62,843 nt of DNA from NCBI RefSeq assembly GCF_045628745.1, contig NZ_JAZQPU010000318.1, positions 1 through 62,843 of the forward strand, read 5' to 3'. Shown one piece after another: positions 18,188-29,158 of this stretch. The position numbers and the translations under genes were made by a program. How positions within the stretch are numbered: the stretch's first letter is position 1; each line of letters opens with the position of its first letter. The notes beneath the pieces are model-generated. The model saw only the letters and a program-made list of their open reading frames with translations, did not search any database and was not told where the DNA came from. This DNA is from Pedobacter sp. GTDB lineage: Bacteria; Bacteroidota; Bacteroidia; Sphingobacteriales; Sphingobacteriaceae.

Positions 18188-19522
18188 TTAGTTTCTTGCA
18201 GATTCAACACGACGGTTTTGGATACGACCTTCTTCAGTATCGTTAGAAGCGATTGGATTTGCTTCACCATTACCTTTAGCAATTACCTGGCTAGAATTAA
18301 CACCAGAGTTCACTAAGTAAGTTTTAACAGAGTTAGCTCTGTCTTTAGATAACTTCATGTTATATGCAGCAGTACCTTCGCTTGAAGCGTAACCGTTTAA
18401 AGTTACTTTACCACCGTTTTCACGTAATTCTGAAGATAATTTATCTAAGATAGGGTATGATTCAGTTTTTAAAACTGAACTGTTGAATTCAAATTGAATT
18501 GGCTCAAATCCTGTTACATTAGCTGTATTAACAGCTGAAGAAACTGGAAGTGGACATCCTGAACCATCAACAGCAGTACCAGCTGGAGTTCCTGGGCATT
18601 TGTCAAATTGATCAGCTACACCATCACCATCAGTATCTCTTTTCAAATCTTCAACAGATTTTTCTACGTTAGATACACGGTTTTTAAGTGCTTCAACTTC
18701 TTGACGTAATGAAGGATCTTTCAATTCATCATACATTAAAGCTAAAGGGTTAACCCATTCTAAATTAGGTTTAGCACTTGAACCTAGAGAAAACTCTAAA
18801 CCAGCGTAACCGTAAGAGAATTTATCTTTAGTTGTTCCTTTTGCATAAACACCATCAAAGTTATCGCTATCGATGAAGTGCATAGTGTAACCTAAGTTAA
18901 AGGCAACACGGTCAGAAACTTTAAATTTAACACCAGCACCAACTGGGATATAAGCTTCTTTCACATATTTTTTATCACCATCATCACCAGCTCTATCTTT
19001 CCAGTCGTTGGTTACACCAGCAGCAGAAACATTAGAAGGAGCATAAGCAATTAAACCGTAACCAGCAGATACGAAAAAGTTAACAGAGTTCTCACGACGT
19101 AAGAAATCTACTGTTGCTACATTAACAACACCTCTTAAATCTGCAGAGTAACCGATTTCAGTTTCAAATTCTTTAACACCGAATTGAGTTCCACCAGCTG
19201 CATCTTTGTTTGTTCCAGAAACTTTTCCACGGAAAATGTTACCTTCTAAAGCAAATGCATGACCTAATTGTTTCTTCAATGAAACACCGTAACCTAAGTT
19301 AACGTCTTGATTAGTGAAATCGTTTGATCCACCAATAACTAAGAATGGAGACATTACACCTGCATTCACGCCAATTGACCAAGTTCTGTACTGGCCTCTT
19401 CCACCAAATACCTTGGCTGAAGATGTTGTCATTGTAGAATCCTGTGCGTTAGCAAGAGTCGTAGCTCCCATAAGCGCAACAAAAGAAACTGCAAGACCTT
19501 TTTTTAAAGTAGAATAATTCAT
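18188..19522 (-). CDS. OmpA-family outer membrane protein
   Basis: Signal peptide, beta-barrel N-domain, coiled-coil linker, TSP3-like DTDGDGVADQFDKCP and C-terminal OmpA domain (NMKLSKDRANSV, NRRVE). Confidence 0.93.
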   Translation of the reverse strand: MNYSTLKKGLAVSFVALMGATTLANAQDSTMTTSSAKVFGGRGQYRTWSIGVNAGVMSPFLVIGGSNDFTNQDVNLGYGVSLKKQLGHAFALEGNIFRGKVSGTNKDAAGGTQFGVKEFETEIGYSADLRGVVNVATVDFLRRENSVNFFVSAGYGLIAYAPSNVSAAGVTNDWKDRAGDDGDKKYVKEAYIPVGAGVKFKVSDRVAFNLGYTMHFIDSDNFDGVYAKGTTKDKFSYGYAGLEFSLGSSAKPNLEWVNPLALMYDELKDPSLRQEVEALKNRVSNVEKSVEDLKRDTDGDGVADQFDKCPGTPAGTAVDGSGCPLPVSSAVNTANVTGFEPIQFEFNSSVLKTESYPILDKLSSELRENGGKVTLNGYASSEGTAAYNMKLSKDRANSVKTYLVNSGVNSSQVIAKGNGEANPIASNDTEEGRIQNRRVESARN

Positions 19523-19893
19523 AATTTTCTTTTTTAAGGTTAAACAAATTTTAATCGTCTAATTTTTTTGTAGAGCAAAATTAAACAAATTTTTAAATTA
19601 TAAAAACAGATATACAAACACCGTTCCAAACTTAAATAAGCAGCATATTTATACCTGATTGTAGGCTTAACCATACTCTTTATTTAACATATTCATTCGC
19701 TCTGCACTCAAATCTACCAATTAATATACTTCTAATCAATATATTACACAATAAAGTAATGGTTTATTTAAAGTAAATTAGAATGTTTGATTGTTTAGCC
19801 AATTCTGGACAGCACCGCCTGCTTTAGTCAAAAGAGGCACCCTAAAGCGACACTAGTCCTATTTTTCAGACATGAACTGCCATGTACGACTGT

Positions 19894-20784
19894 TTATGTC
19901 CACTGGTCAATAAAATTGTAAATGTTAAACCCTGGTTTGGCAGTTGCCTGAATTAATTCGGCCTTTAATCGTCCTTTGTCTACATTTCGCATTCTATGAT
20001 GCTGGATAAGCTTAAATGCTTTTTCTGCTAATAAAAGTGGCTGGCGAACATTATAGTCTGCACCAGGCTTAAGCAGCCATTCGCATAAAGGACTAATACC
20101 CTCTCCTTTATCTGCAACCGTTAAAAACACCGGTATTTCGGTATGCTGCTGACGAACAAGCTTTTGTAAGTTATTAGAAAAGGTAATGGCCCCTTCGCGG
20201 TCAGCTTTATTAACCACGAATGCCTGCGCTATTTCCATCAGGCCAGATTTAATGTTTTGTATTTCATCCCCTGATTCGGGCACCAACACTACTACTGTTC
20301 GGTCAGCAAGGCCTGCAATTTCTAATTCAGACTGTCCAACACCTACTGTTTCTACTATGATGAGATCAAAGTTCGCTGAACGCAATACATCCACCATTTC
20401 AATGGTTTTTGTGGAGATACCCCCCAATTCGCCCCGCGTAGCTACAGATCTGATAAAAACATTAGGGTTGTTAAATTGTTGTGTCATGCGTATTCTGTCA
20501 CCCAGGAGAGAGCCGAAGTTGAAAGGTGATGTCGGATCAACCGCCAAAATGGCCACTTTTTTATCCTGACCTATAAAATTAGCCGTGATAGCATTGACAA
20601 GGGTACTTTTGCCGGCACCCGGTGGGCCGGTAATGCCTAAAACAGGCACCTCTGTACGTGGTATTAATTGACGTAAGAGTTCTGCCGAAGGATAAATATC
20701 ATTCTCCACAAGCGTTAATGCTCTGGCAATGGCAACAAAGTTGCCTTCATTTATTTCTTTTAGCAACTGGGAAGATGAACGCAT
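19894..20784 (-). CDS. meaB: MeaB/ArgK GTPase (methylmalonyl-CoA mutase chaperone)
   Basis: GITGPPGAGKST, AVDPTSP..GSLLGDRIRM, ETVGVGQSE and NKAD. Confidence 0.92.
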   Translation of the reverse strand: MRSSSQLLKEINEGNFVAIARALTLVENDIYPSAELLRQLIPRTEVPVLGITGPPGAGKSTLVNAITANFIGQDKKVAILAVDPTSPFNFGSLLGDRIRMTQQFNNPNVFIRSVATRGELGGISTKTIEMVDVLRSANFDLIIVETVGVGQSELEIAGLADRTVVVLVPESGDEIQNIKSGLMEIAQAFVVNKADREGAITFSNNLQKLVRQQHTEIPVFLTVADKGEGISPLCEWLLKPGADYNVRQPLLLAEKAFKLIQHHRMRNVDKGRLKAELIQATAKPGFNIYNFIDQWT

Positions 20785-20900
20785 TAAAACTATCTTTGCA
20801 CAAAGAAAGCAATCTGTATTTAAATAAGTAAATGAATTTAAGAAATTAGTTCGTATAAATAAATACTGTTTAAACTGCTATCTTATTTTGTATTTACACA

Positions 20901-22835
20901 ATGATCAGAACGTTCCGCTTAAATGAATATAAAGTATTAATTTATAGAATACTTTTAATCTATCTGTTTTATTTCATAAGCCGTATTTTATTTTATTCAT
21001 TTAATAGGGAATTATTTGGAATAGACAGCTTTACCGATCTATTGAAATTGTGTTATTACGGCCTTTCATTTGACACAACGGCTTTATTATATATCAACAG
21101 CCTCTTTATCCTCATTAGTATTCTCCCATTAACCATTAATACTAACTTACGATTTCAAAAGTTTTTGTTGTGGCTCTATTTCACGCTGAACATCCTTACC
21201 TATTCAACCAATTTCATTGATATTATTTACTATCGTTTTAGTCAGGTCAGGTCTACCCGGGCTACTTTGGATGTGCTGGTCCATGAAAACAATAAATCTA
21301 CTTTGTTAAGTCACTTCATCGGTGATTACTGGTATATCATTGCACTCTTTCTGCTTTGTAGTCTGGTTTGGATTTGGTTATATAAAAAGGTCAATGTTAA
21401 GGTTAACAAACCTCACAAAAGACAATACATTGCTTATTTTTTATCCTCTGCAATTTGTATCCTCCTCACTGCTACTTTAATTATTGGTGGTATCAGGGGT
21501 GGTTTTAAACACAGCACAAGGCCAATCAATTTAGTAGATGCATACCGCCATGTCCGGATTCCAAACCAGGGAGACATTGTATTAAACACACCTTTTTCAA
21601 TTTTTAGAACACTAAAAGTTTCTGGCTTTAAGGTGCCAAACTGGACAAATGCTAATTACATTAACCAACACATTAAACCTATAAAGCAATATAAAAGCCA
21701 TACTGGTACACAACCTAATGTTGTTATTTTTATACTGGAAAGCATGGGTAGAGAATATTGGGGAAGTATGAATAAGGACAGCAACATCCCTAACTTCAAA
21801 TCTTACACGCCTTTTTTAGATTCTTTATCAGAAAGCAGTCTTATTTTTACAAATGGTTATGCCAATGGCAGACAATCCATTCATGCCATGAGTTCAATCT
21901 TAGCAGGTATTCCGTCTTTTCAAACTGCCTTTACTTCATCCCCGTATGCTAAACAAGATATACAATCATTAATCTCCATTAGCAATAGCGCAGGCTACCA
22001 AACTTCTTTTTTCCATGGTGCAGCAAATGGCTCTATGGGCTTTTTAGGCTTTAGTAAATTATTGGGCATAAAAGATTATTATGGAAGAACAGAGTATAAT
22101 AATGATGCAGACTACGATGGGATTTGGGGCATTTGGGACGAGCCCTTTTTTCAATTTATGAGTAAGACGCTCACCAAACAAAAGAAGCCATTTTTAGCGA
22201 CTATGTTTTCAATATCGTCACATGATCCCTTTAAAATACCTGAAAAGTATCAACAACAATTCCTGGGCGGACCAATGCCCATAGATAAATGTGTACAATA
22301 TACAGACCATGCTTTGAGAAAGTTTTTTGAACATGCTAAAACACAAGCATGGTATCAAAACACCATTTTCGTTATTACAGCAGACCATACTAACCAAATT
22401 AATTATGAGGAATATAGTAAACCTATTAATCGTTTTGCTGTTCCTATTTTATTCTTCAGTCCAAATAAAGCACTAAATCTTAAAGGAGTGAGAACTGATT
22501 TAGCTTCGCAAACAGATATTTACCCGTCTGTTATTGACCTCATCGGCTATCATCAACCTTTTAGATCATGGGGCAGAAGTTTAATAGCCAACAATCCTGA
22601 TGAAACACCACGCGTCATCAATTCACCTGGAAACATTTATCAGTTTATGGAGGGCAACTACACTTATATCTTCGATGGAGAGAAATTTTCAGGTGTGTTT
22701 GCCATAAAAGACACCGGTCTGCAAACTAACCTGATCAGCAATCCTGATCCGGAAATTAAAAGTGGAATGGAAAATTGCAAAGCATATATTCAAGATTATA
22801 TGTACCGTGTAACAAATAAACTACTTAACCACTAA
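20901..22835 (+). CDS. LTA-synthase-family (sulfatase-superfamily) membrane phosphotransferase
   Basis: About five N-terminal TM helices, then PNVVIFILES, TPFLDSL, RQSIHA, SSHDPF, YTD and ITADH. Confidence 0.85.
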   Translation: MIRTFRLNEYKVLIYRILLIYLFYFISRILFYSFNRELFGIDSFTDLLKLCYYGLSFDTTALLYINSLFILISILPLTINTNLRFQKFLLWLYFTLNILTYSTNFIDIIYYRFSQVRSTRATLDVLVHENNKSTLLSHFIGDYWYIIALFLLCSLVWIWLYKKVNVKVNKPHKRQYIAYFLSSAICILLTATLIIGGIRGGFKHSTRPINLVDAYRHVRIPNQGDIVLNTPFSIFRTLKVSGFKVPNWTNANYINQHIKPIKQYKSHTGTQPNVVIFILESMGREYWGSMNKDSNIPNFKSYTPFLDSLSESSLIFTNGYANGRQSIHAMSSILAGIPSFQTAFTSSPYAKQDIQSLISISNSAGYQTSFFHGAANGSMGFLGFSKLLGIKDYYGRTEYNNDADYDGIWGIWDEPFFQFMSKTLTKQKKPFLATMFSISSHDPFKIPEKYQQQFLGGPMPIDKCVQYTDHALRKFFEHAKTQAWYQNTIFVITADHTNQINYEEYSKPINRFAVPILFFSPNKALNLKGVRTDLASQTDIYPSVIDLIGYHQPFRSWGRSLIANNPDETPRVINSPGNIYQFMEGNYTYIFDGEKFSGVFAIKDTGLQTNLISNPDPEIKSGMENCKAYIQDYMYRVTNKLLNH

Positions 22836-22853
22836 TTTGCTGTCATTACGCTC

Positions 22854-23513
22854 ATGCCAATACCAAAAATTATACACCAGACATTTAAGACAAAGCAGCT
22901 TCCTTTTATCACCCGCTGGCATATTTCAAGGTTCAGAAAAAAGAACCCTGATTATGCCTATGAGTTTTATGATGATGCACGTATAGAACACTTTCTATCG
23001 ACAGAATTTGGTCAGGAGGTTTTTTCGCTTTATCAAAGAATTAACATTGGTGCCGCTAAAGCTGACTTTTTCAGGTATGCTATTCTTTTAAAAAAAGGTG
23101 GCGTTTACCTCGATATTGATTGCCACCTTAAAGGAAAATTAAATGAGCTGCTAAGACCTGAGGATGTTGCTGTACTTTCTGTAGAAAAAAATCCAATCTT
23201 TTTTGTGCAATGGGCTATGTTTTACGAACCAGGCCACCCCTTTCTTGAAAAAACTATAGAAATGATTCTAGAAAATATCCGTCAAAACAAGTTTCCCCAT
23301 GATGTTCACAAAATGACCGGACCGGCAGTTTATACCATTGCCATTAATGAATGCTTAAAAAAGAATCCAGGAATTTCTTACCGCGTTTTTGGCATAGAAT
23401 ATGCACCTTTTCTAAAAGACAAATATAAATTAGCAAAATTCTTTCTTTACGAGAATAAATCGAACCATTGGAAGAAACTACAGCAGACTTCTACAGTACT
23501 TAAGCCTGAATAA
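22854..23513 (+). CDS. GT32 glycosyltransferase (Och1/Sur1-like, DxD)
   Basis: IPKIIHQT, KADFFRY, GGVYLDID and TGP. Confidence 0.88.
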   Translation: MPIPKIIHQTFKTKQLPFITRWHISRFRKKNPDYAYEFYDDARIEHFLSTEFGQEVFSLYQRINIGAAKADFFRYAILLKKGGVYLDIDCHLKGKLNELLRPEDVAVLSVEKNPIFFVQWAMFYEPGHPFLEKTIEMILENIRQNKFPHDVHKMTGPAVYTIAINECLKKNPGISYRVFGIEYAPFLKDKYKLAKFFLYENKSNHWKKLQQTSTVLKPE

Positions 23514-23581
23514 GTACCTTTGATCAGAAACACAGATCATTTAGTCGGAATTAAAGAATTATTACAGCACTTACATAGAGG

Positions 23582-24634
23582 ATGAACGTTATTTTAGACT
23601 GTGAACGGATGAAATACCCTTATACAGGGTTATTTGAATATTGCCATCAGCTTGGTTTAGCTTTATTGCAAACAAAAGAAGAAAAAGATCATGTTGATAT
23701 CTATGTTCAAAAGAAAAACCAACAGTTTTTCCCTCCAGATATCGATTTCTTTACCCAAAGAAGTATTCATAAGTTCTTTTTCCCATTTTTAGATAAAAAA
23801 TATGAGATTTGGCACGCTACCCATCAAACATCTTCATACATTCCCTCTACACATAGAAAAATTAAACGTGTCTTAACTATCCATGATTTAAATTTTCTTT
23901 ACGAAGAAAAGTCTGCTGCTAAAAGAGCCTCTTATTTAACAATTCACCAGCGCAATATTGATTCAGTTGACCATATAATAGCAATATCTGAATTTACTAA
24001 AAATGACATTTTACAACATTTAAAAGTTAGTAAACCAATTACTGTAATTTATAATGGCTGTAATGTAGATGATTATCCGGAGGGGCTCAATCCAACATAT
24101 ATCCCTAAAAAGCCTTTTTTGTTTGCTCTTGGAACAGTTAATGCCAAAAAGAATTTTCATGTACTACCATGTTTGCTTCAAAATCAAGACATGGAGCTGA
24201 TCATTGGTGGTAATCCAGATCCAACATATATATCAAAGATTCTGGACGAAGCTAAAAAGTATAAAGTAGAGCATCAGGTAAAAATTTTAGGTGGCATAAC
24301 CAAAGAAGATAAATATTGGTATTATAAGCACTGTAAAGCATTCCTGTTTCCTTCTAAAGCAGAGGGTTTTGGAATTCCCGTTATTGAGGCTATGAGGTTT
24401 GGAAAACCAGTATTCCTTTCTACAGCAACTTGCTTACCTGAAATTGGTGGAAAATTTGCTTATTATTTTGAAGATTTTAATCCTGAAAATATGCAAAAAG
24501 TCTTTCAGGAAGGAATAAATGATTATAAAATAAGAAAGCCTGAACAATCCATCATAGACCATGCAAAACAGTTTAGCTGGGAAACAAGTGCTAAAGCTTA
24601 CTGGAAAATCTATAAATCTCTGGCAAAGGGTTAA
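23582..24634 (+). CDS. GT4 glycosyltransferase
   Basis: TIHDL, KKN, PSxAEGFGIPVIEAM and FSW. Confidence 0.92.
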   Translation: MNVILDCERMKYPYTGLFEYCHQLGLALLQTKEEKDHVDIYVQKKNQQFFPPDIDFFTQRSIHKFFFPFLDKKYEIWHATHQTSSYIPSTHRKIKRVLTIHDLNFLYEEKSAAKRASYLTIHQRNIDSVDHIIAISEFTKNDILQHLKVSKPITVIYNGCNVDDYPEGLNPTYIPKKPFLFALGTVNAKKNFHVLPCLLQNQDMELIIGGNPDPTYISKILDEAKKYKVEHQVKILGGITKEDKYWYYKHCKAFLFPSKAEGFGIPVIEAMRFGKPVFLSTATCLPEIGGKFAYYFEDFNPENMQKVFQEGINDYKIRKPEQSIIDHAKQFSWETSAKAYWKIYKSLAKG

Positions 24635-24670
24635 CATAGATTTTGTAACTTTACCGTTTAAACATTCTTG

Positions 24671-26497
24671 ATGAAGACCTATTTTAGATTATTATCATTT
24701 GCTAAACCAATAGAAAAATTTGCAATACCATATATTATAGCAACACTTCTAGCCGTTCTTTTCAACACCTTTAATTTTACCTTATTAGCGCCTTTATTAG
24801 ACACCTTATTTTCATCAAGTGCTACAGCAGCACATAGCCTCATTGATAAAGCAGCAACCGATTTTGATTTATTAGCGAAATTCAATAATTATATTGGCAA
24901 CTCCATATTGAAAAATGGCAAAACTAAAACCCTTCAACTGGTTTGTGCTGTAATCCTTACATCTGTAATATTATCTAATTTATTCCGTTACCTGGCTCAA
25001 AGATTTATGGAAGATTTAAGGGTGCATACCTTATTAAATCTTCGTAAGTCAGTATTTAACAATGTGATGAATCTTCACATTGGCTATTTTAATAATGAAA
25101 GAAAAGGTGATATCATGTCAAAAATTGCTTCTGATGTACAAGTTGTGCAATTTACGGTCACCAATACCTTGCAAGTTGTTTTCAAAGAGCCCCTTCAACT
25201 TATTTTTTATATTGTCGTTTTATTAAGCATATCTGTTAAACTCACTTTATTTTCACTTTTGGTCATTCCAGTTTCAGGTTTAATTATAAGTAAGATTGTT
25301 AAACGCTTAAAACAACAAGCTACAGAAGCTCATGAATCTTTCTCAAGAATGATTAGCTTTTTGGATGAGGCATTAAGTGGCATTAAAATCATTAAAGCCT
25401 TCAATGCTACACCATTAATTAAAGATAGGTTTCAAAAAGAAAACGAAGTGTACTCCAATTTAAACCGTAAAATGGTGAGAAGGCAGCAACTTGCATCGCC
25501 AGTATCACAATCTTTAGGTGTAATGGTTGTAGTATTTATTGTTTTATATGGAGGTACGCTTGTAATTAATGGAAGTAGTGAATTTACACCATCACAATTC
25601 ATCATGTACATTGCCGTATTTTCCCAGGTAATGCAACCTGTTAAAGCAATAAGCGATTCCTTCAGTGGCATTCATTCTGGAATTTCAGCCGGCGATAGAG
25701 TCTTATCCTTAATAGATACCACACCAGAATTAGTTAACAAATCAAATGCAACCGAAATAAGCAGTTTTAATCATGCTATACAACTAGATAACGTATGCTT
25801 TAATTATGGTGAAAAAACGGTTTTAAAGAACATTAATTTAACAATAGAAAAAGGGAAGACCATTGCATTAGTCGGTCCATCTGGTGGTGGTAAAAGCACA
25901 CTTATGGACTTGATACCTAGATTTTACGATCCTGTGTCAGGAAGCTTTAAAATAGACGGACAAGATTATAAAGATTTAACCTTTGAAAGTCTGAGGTCTA
26001 AAATGGGGATTGTAAACCAGGATTCATTTTTATTTAACGATACCATTTATAACAATATCGCTTTTGCGAACCCCAAAGCGACTGAGGAAGAAATTTTTAT
26101 TGCAGCTAAGATTGCTAATGCCCATGAGTTTGTATTAAACCAAGAACATGGTTATCAAACATTTGTTGGCGACAGAGGAAACCGCCTGTCGGGAGGACAA
26201 AGACAGCGCATATGCATTGCCAGAGCAGTACTAGCTAATCCTCCGATTATGCTGCTTGATGAGGCTACTTCAGCACTAGATACAGAATCAGAAAAACTTG
26301 TACAAAATGCTTTAAATAATTTAATGAAAAACAGAACTTCTATCGTTATCGCGCATCGTTTGAGCACTATTCAACATGCAGATACTATAGTCGTTATTGA
26401 CCAAGGCCAAATCGTTGAAACAGGCAGCCACAGTGAATTATTAAAAATAGATGGGTTATATAAACGTTTAATCAATATGCAAACATTTAATGATTAA
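24671..26497 (+). CDS. MsbA-like ABC exporter (fused TMD-NBD)
   Basis: GPSGGGKST, LSGGQRQR, LLDEATSALD and IAHRLST, with an N-terminal TM domain. Confidence 0.9.
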   Translation: MKTYFRLLSFAKPIEKFAIPYIIATLLAVLFNTFNFTLLAPLLDTLFSSSATAAHSLIDKAATDFDLLAKFNNYIGNSILKNGKTKTLQLVCAVILTSVILSNLFRYLAQRFMEDLRVHTLLNLRKSVFNNVMNLHIGYFNNERKGDIMSKIASDVQVVQFTVTNTLQVVFKEPLQLIFYIVVLLSISVKLTLFSLLVIPVSGLIISKIVKRLKQQATEAHESFSRMISFLDEALSGIKIIKAFNATPLIKDRFQKENEVYSNLNRKMVRRQQLASPVSQSLGVMVVVFIVLYGGTLVINGSSEFTPSQFIMYIAVFSQVMQPVKAISDSFSGIHSGISAGDRVLSLIDTTPELVNKSNATEISSFNHAIQLDNVCFNYGEKTVLKNINLTIEKGKTIALVGPSGGGKSTLMDLIPRFYDPVSGSFKIDGQDYKDLTFESLRSKMGIVNQDSFLFNDTIYNNIAFANPKATEEEIFIAAKIANAHEFVLNQEHGYQTFVGDRGNRLSGGQRQRICIARAVLANPPIMLLDEATSALDTESEKLVQNALNNLMKNRTSIVIAHRLSTIQHADTIVVIDQGQIVETGSHSELLKIDGLYKRLINMQTFND

Positions 26498-27198
26498 TGA
26501 TATCCGTAATAGTTGTCACCTATAATGCCGTTGAAACACTCCAAAAATGCCTTGATAGTATCTATGAACAGAATTATCCTTTACTTGATATTATAGTAAT
26601 TGACGGGCAAAGTACCGATGGCACTGTGGATATCATTCAAAAAAATGCTGCAAAAATAAAATATGCTATAAGCGAAAAGGATGAAGGTATTTACGATGCC
26701 ATGAATAAAGCACTATTTCAAATAAATACACCATGGGTCTATTTCTTAGGGGCAGATGACATCTTGTTACCTGACTTTTCTAAGTTGATTGCTGAACTAA
26801 CAGATCCTCATGCCATTTATTATGCTAATGTTATTTATAAAGGCCGCAAATGTGTTGGGCAGATTTCAGCATACAGGCAAGCAAAGTCAGGAATTTTCCA
26901 CCAGTCTATTATTTATCCCTCTTCTATCTTCAAAAAATACAAATACAATACCAGATATAAAATTGCAGCGGATTATGCATTAAACATGCAGCTTTATAAA
27001 GATAAAGCCTACACTTTTACCTATAAAGATTATGTCATCTCAGCATATAATGACACCGGAATATCTGCTTTACAAAAGGACATCAATTTCGAAAAGGATA
27101 AAAACTATTTGATTTTAAAAAACTTCGGTATTAGTATATGGTTCCGTTATATATTCAGAAGACTTAAAAGTTCCTTTAAAAAAACAAATAATGGATAA
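26497..27198 (+). CDS. GT2 glycosyltransferase (WcaE-like)
   Basis: IDGQSTDGT, EKDEGIYDAMNK, FLGADD, HQ and ADY; TAATG coupling to the ABC gene. Confidence 0.9.
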   Translation: MISVIVVTYNAVETLQKCLDSIYEQNYPLLDIIVIDGQSTDGTVDIIQKNAAKIKYAISEKDEGIYDAMNKALFQINTPWVYFLGADDILLPDFSKLIAELTDPHAIYYANVIYKGRKCVGQISAYRQAKSGIFHQSIIYPSSIFKKYKYNTRYKIAADYALNMQLYKDKAYTFTYKDYVISAYNDTGISALQKDINFEKDKNYLILKNFGISIWFRYIFRRLKSSFKKTNNG

Positions 27199-27880
27199 GA
27201 TTTCAATAATTATTGTCACTCTCAACGTTGAACAATACCTCCAATCGTGTTTAACAAGTATTGAAAAACAGAAATATAAAAATTTAGAAGTTATCCTTGT
27301 TGACGGTGGTAGTACAGATGATACGCTGAAAATTATAAAAAATAACAATAAAATAATTACACATTGGGTAAGTGAGAAAGACGATGGTATTTATGATGCA
27401 ATGAATAAGGCGTTAAAGCTGATTACAGGTAGCTGGGTTTACTTTCTGGGTGCCGACGATGTTTTAATGGATGATTTCTCTTTATTCGCCAAAGAATTAA
27501 AGGATGAGCATATTATTTATTATGGAAGTGTTCTTAAAGAAGGTGTAAAGTATTACGGAAAGGCAACCCCCTATCAATTTGCAAAATCCGCAGTTTGCCA
27601 TCAAGCAATAATTTATCCTTCATCTGTATTTGATAAATATAAATTTGACACCAAGTACAAAACTTCTGCAGATTATGTTTTAAACATGTGGTGTTGGAAA
27701 GATGCAAACTACAAGTTTAAATTTATAGATTTCATCCTGGCAAACTTTAATCACACTGGGGTCTCATCAAATAAAGATTTAATGCTGGAACGAGATATGT
27801 CAACTTTGATATATAAAAATTTTGGATGGGTAATTTGGCTTAGGTATTTATTTAAAAAACTTAAATCGAGTAAAGTATAA
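27191..27880 (+). CDS. GT2 glycosyltransferase (WcaE-like), paralog of the preceding gene
   Basis: VDGGSTDDT, EKDDGIYDAMNK, FLGADD, HQ and ADY. Confidence 0.9.
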   Translation: MDKISIIIVTLNVEQYLQSCLTSIEKQKYKNLEVILVDGGSTDDTLKIIKNNNKIITHWVSEKDDGIYDAMNKALKLITGSWVYFLGADDVLMDDFSLFAKELKDEHIIYYGSVLKEGVKYYGKATPYQFAKSAVCHQAIIYPSSVFDKYKFDTKYKTSADYVLNMWCWKDANYKFKFIDFILANFNHTGVSSNKDLMLERDMSTLIYKNFGWVIWLRYLFKKLKSSKV

Positions 27881-28052
27881 TTGAAATAGATGAAGAGATT
27901 AAGTTCTCGCTACCCATTCAAGTGTCGATAATTTGTATAATTACACCTGTTTGTTACCTTTATAATTTTAATTACACCAAGGTTTAAAGCAATTAACCCT
28001 GGTCTTATTCCATAATTTACTTTTCAAATATATAGTTAATCTCCGAAAATAA

Positions 28053-29156
28053 ATGCTTAATATCCTATACGACCATCAAACTTTTTCCCTTCAGCGCTAT
28101 GGTGGTATATCACGTTATTTCGCCAATTTACATCATGAGACCCTAAAGCAAGAGGGCATCAACTCAAGTATCAGCATTTTATACAGCAACAATCATTATA
28201 TTCAAGATAGTCAGCGGCAATTGAATAAAAGTCTAGGCAAATTATTACTTCACAAACAAAAAAAAGTCTATAAATGGAATGAAAAATATTCCAGATATAT
28301 GATTGGAGGAAATGATTTCGATGTACTCCATCCTACCTATTATAACCCTTATTTTCTCCAGAACCTTAAAAAGCCATTTGTTTTAACGGTACATGATATG
28401 ATCCATGAAAAATTTCCTGATTATTTTGATACGGGAGATAATACACCTTATCATAAAAGGCTATGTATCGAAAAAGCAAATCATATCATTGCTATATCTG
28501 AATCTACAAAAAATGACATTCAATTGTATCATAAAATACCTGAAAGTAAAATCTCTGTCGTCCATCATGGATTTGAGCCATTAACACATGAGGGTAATCC
28601 AACTGCAAATAGTCAACACCAAAATTTCCTGCTCTATATAGGTGATAGGAGGTCTTATAAGAACTTCTTCAGGTTATTAATGGCTATCGCTCCACTATTA
28701 AAAAAAGACACTTCCTTGAGGCTGATATGCGCTGGCGGTGGAGCCCTTCAATGTGCAGAGATGGAGCTTATTTTACGCTTAAACATATTAAATCAGGTTA
28801 TACAAGTAACAGTTACTGACCATGAGCTGGCTAATCTTTATAGAAATGCCATTGCATTTTTGTATCCTTCAATTGATGAAGGTTTTGGTTTGCCTTTATT
28901 AGAGGCTTTTCAATACAATTGTCCTGTGGTGGCAAGTGATATTGCTTGTTTCAAAGAAGTAGGTCAGGATGCCATTAGCTACTTCAATCCTTATGATGAG
29001 CAAAATATGCGTACAGTAATTGAAGACGTATTGATCAATAAAGAAACCAAAATTAATTTAGTTAAAGCTGGACAAAAGAGATTGTCAAATCTCACCATGA
29101 AAAACTGCCTGGAATTGACTATCAATATTTATAAAAATATTGCCCAGTGTGGCTAG
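28053..29156 (+). CDS. GT4 glycosyltransferase
   Basis: QRYGGISRYF, HPTYY, TVHDMIHE, YKNF and EGFGLPLLEAF. Confidence 0.92.
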   Translation: MLNILYDHQTFSLQRYGGISRYFANLHHETLKQEGINSSISILYSNNHYIQDSQRQLNKSLGKLLLHKQKKVYKWNEKYSRYMIGGNDFDVLHPTYYNPYFLQNLKKPFVLTVHDMIHEKFPDYFDTGDNTPYHKRLCIEKANHIIAISESTKNDIQLYHKIPESKISVVHHGFEPLTHEGNPTANSQHQNFLLYIGDRRSYKNFFRLLMAIAPLLKKDTSLRLICAGGGALQCAEMELILRLNILNQVIQVTVTDHELANLYRNAIAFLYPSIDEGFGLPLLEAFQYNCPVVASDIACFKEVGQDAISYFNPYDEQNMRTVIEDVLINKETKINLVKAGQKRLSNLTMKNCLELTINIYKNIAQCG

Positions 29157-29158
29157 CT

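Noticed and set aside
17971-18246. 91-aa plus-strand ORF
   Set aside because: It is antisense to the better-supported 45-aa membrane ORF and crosses the ompA terminator and 3' end.
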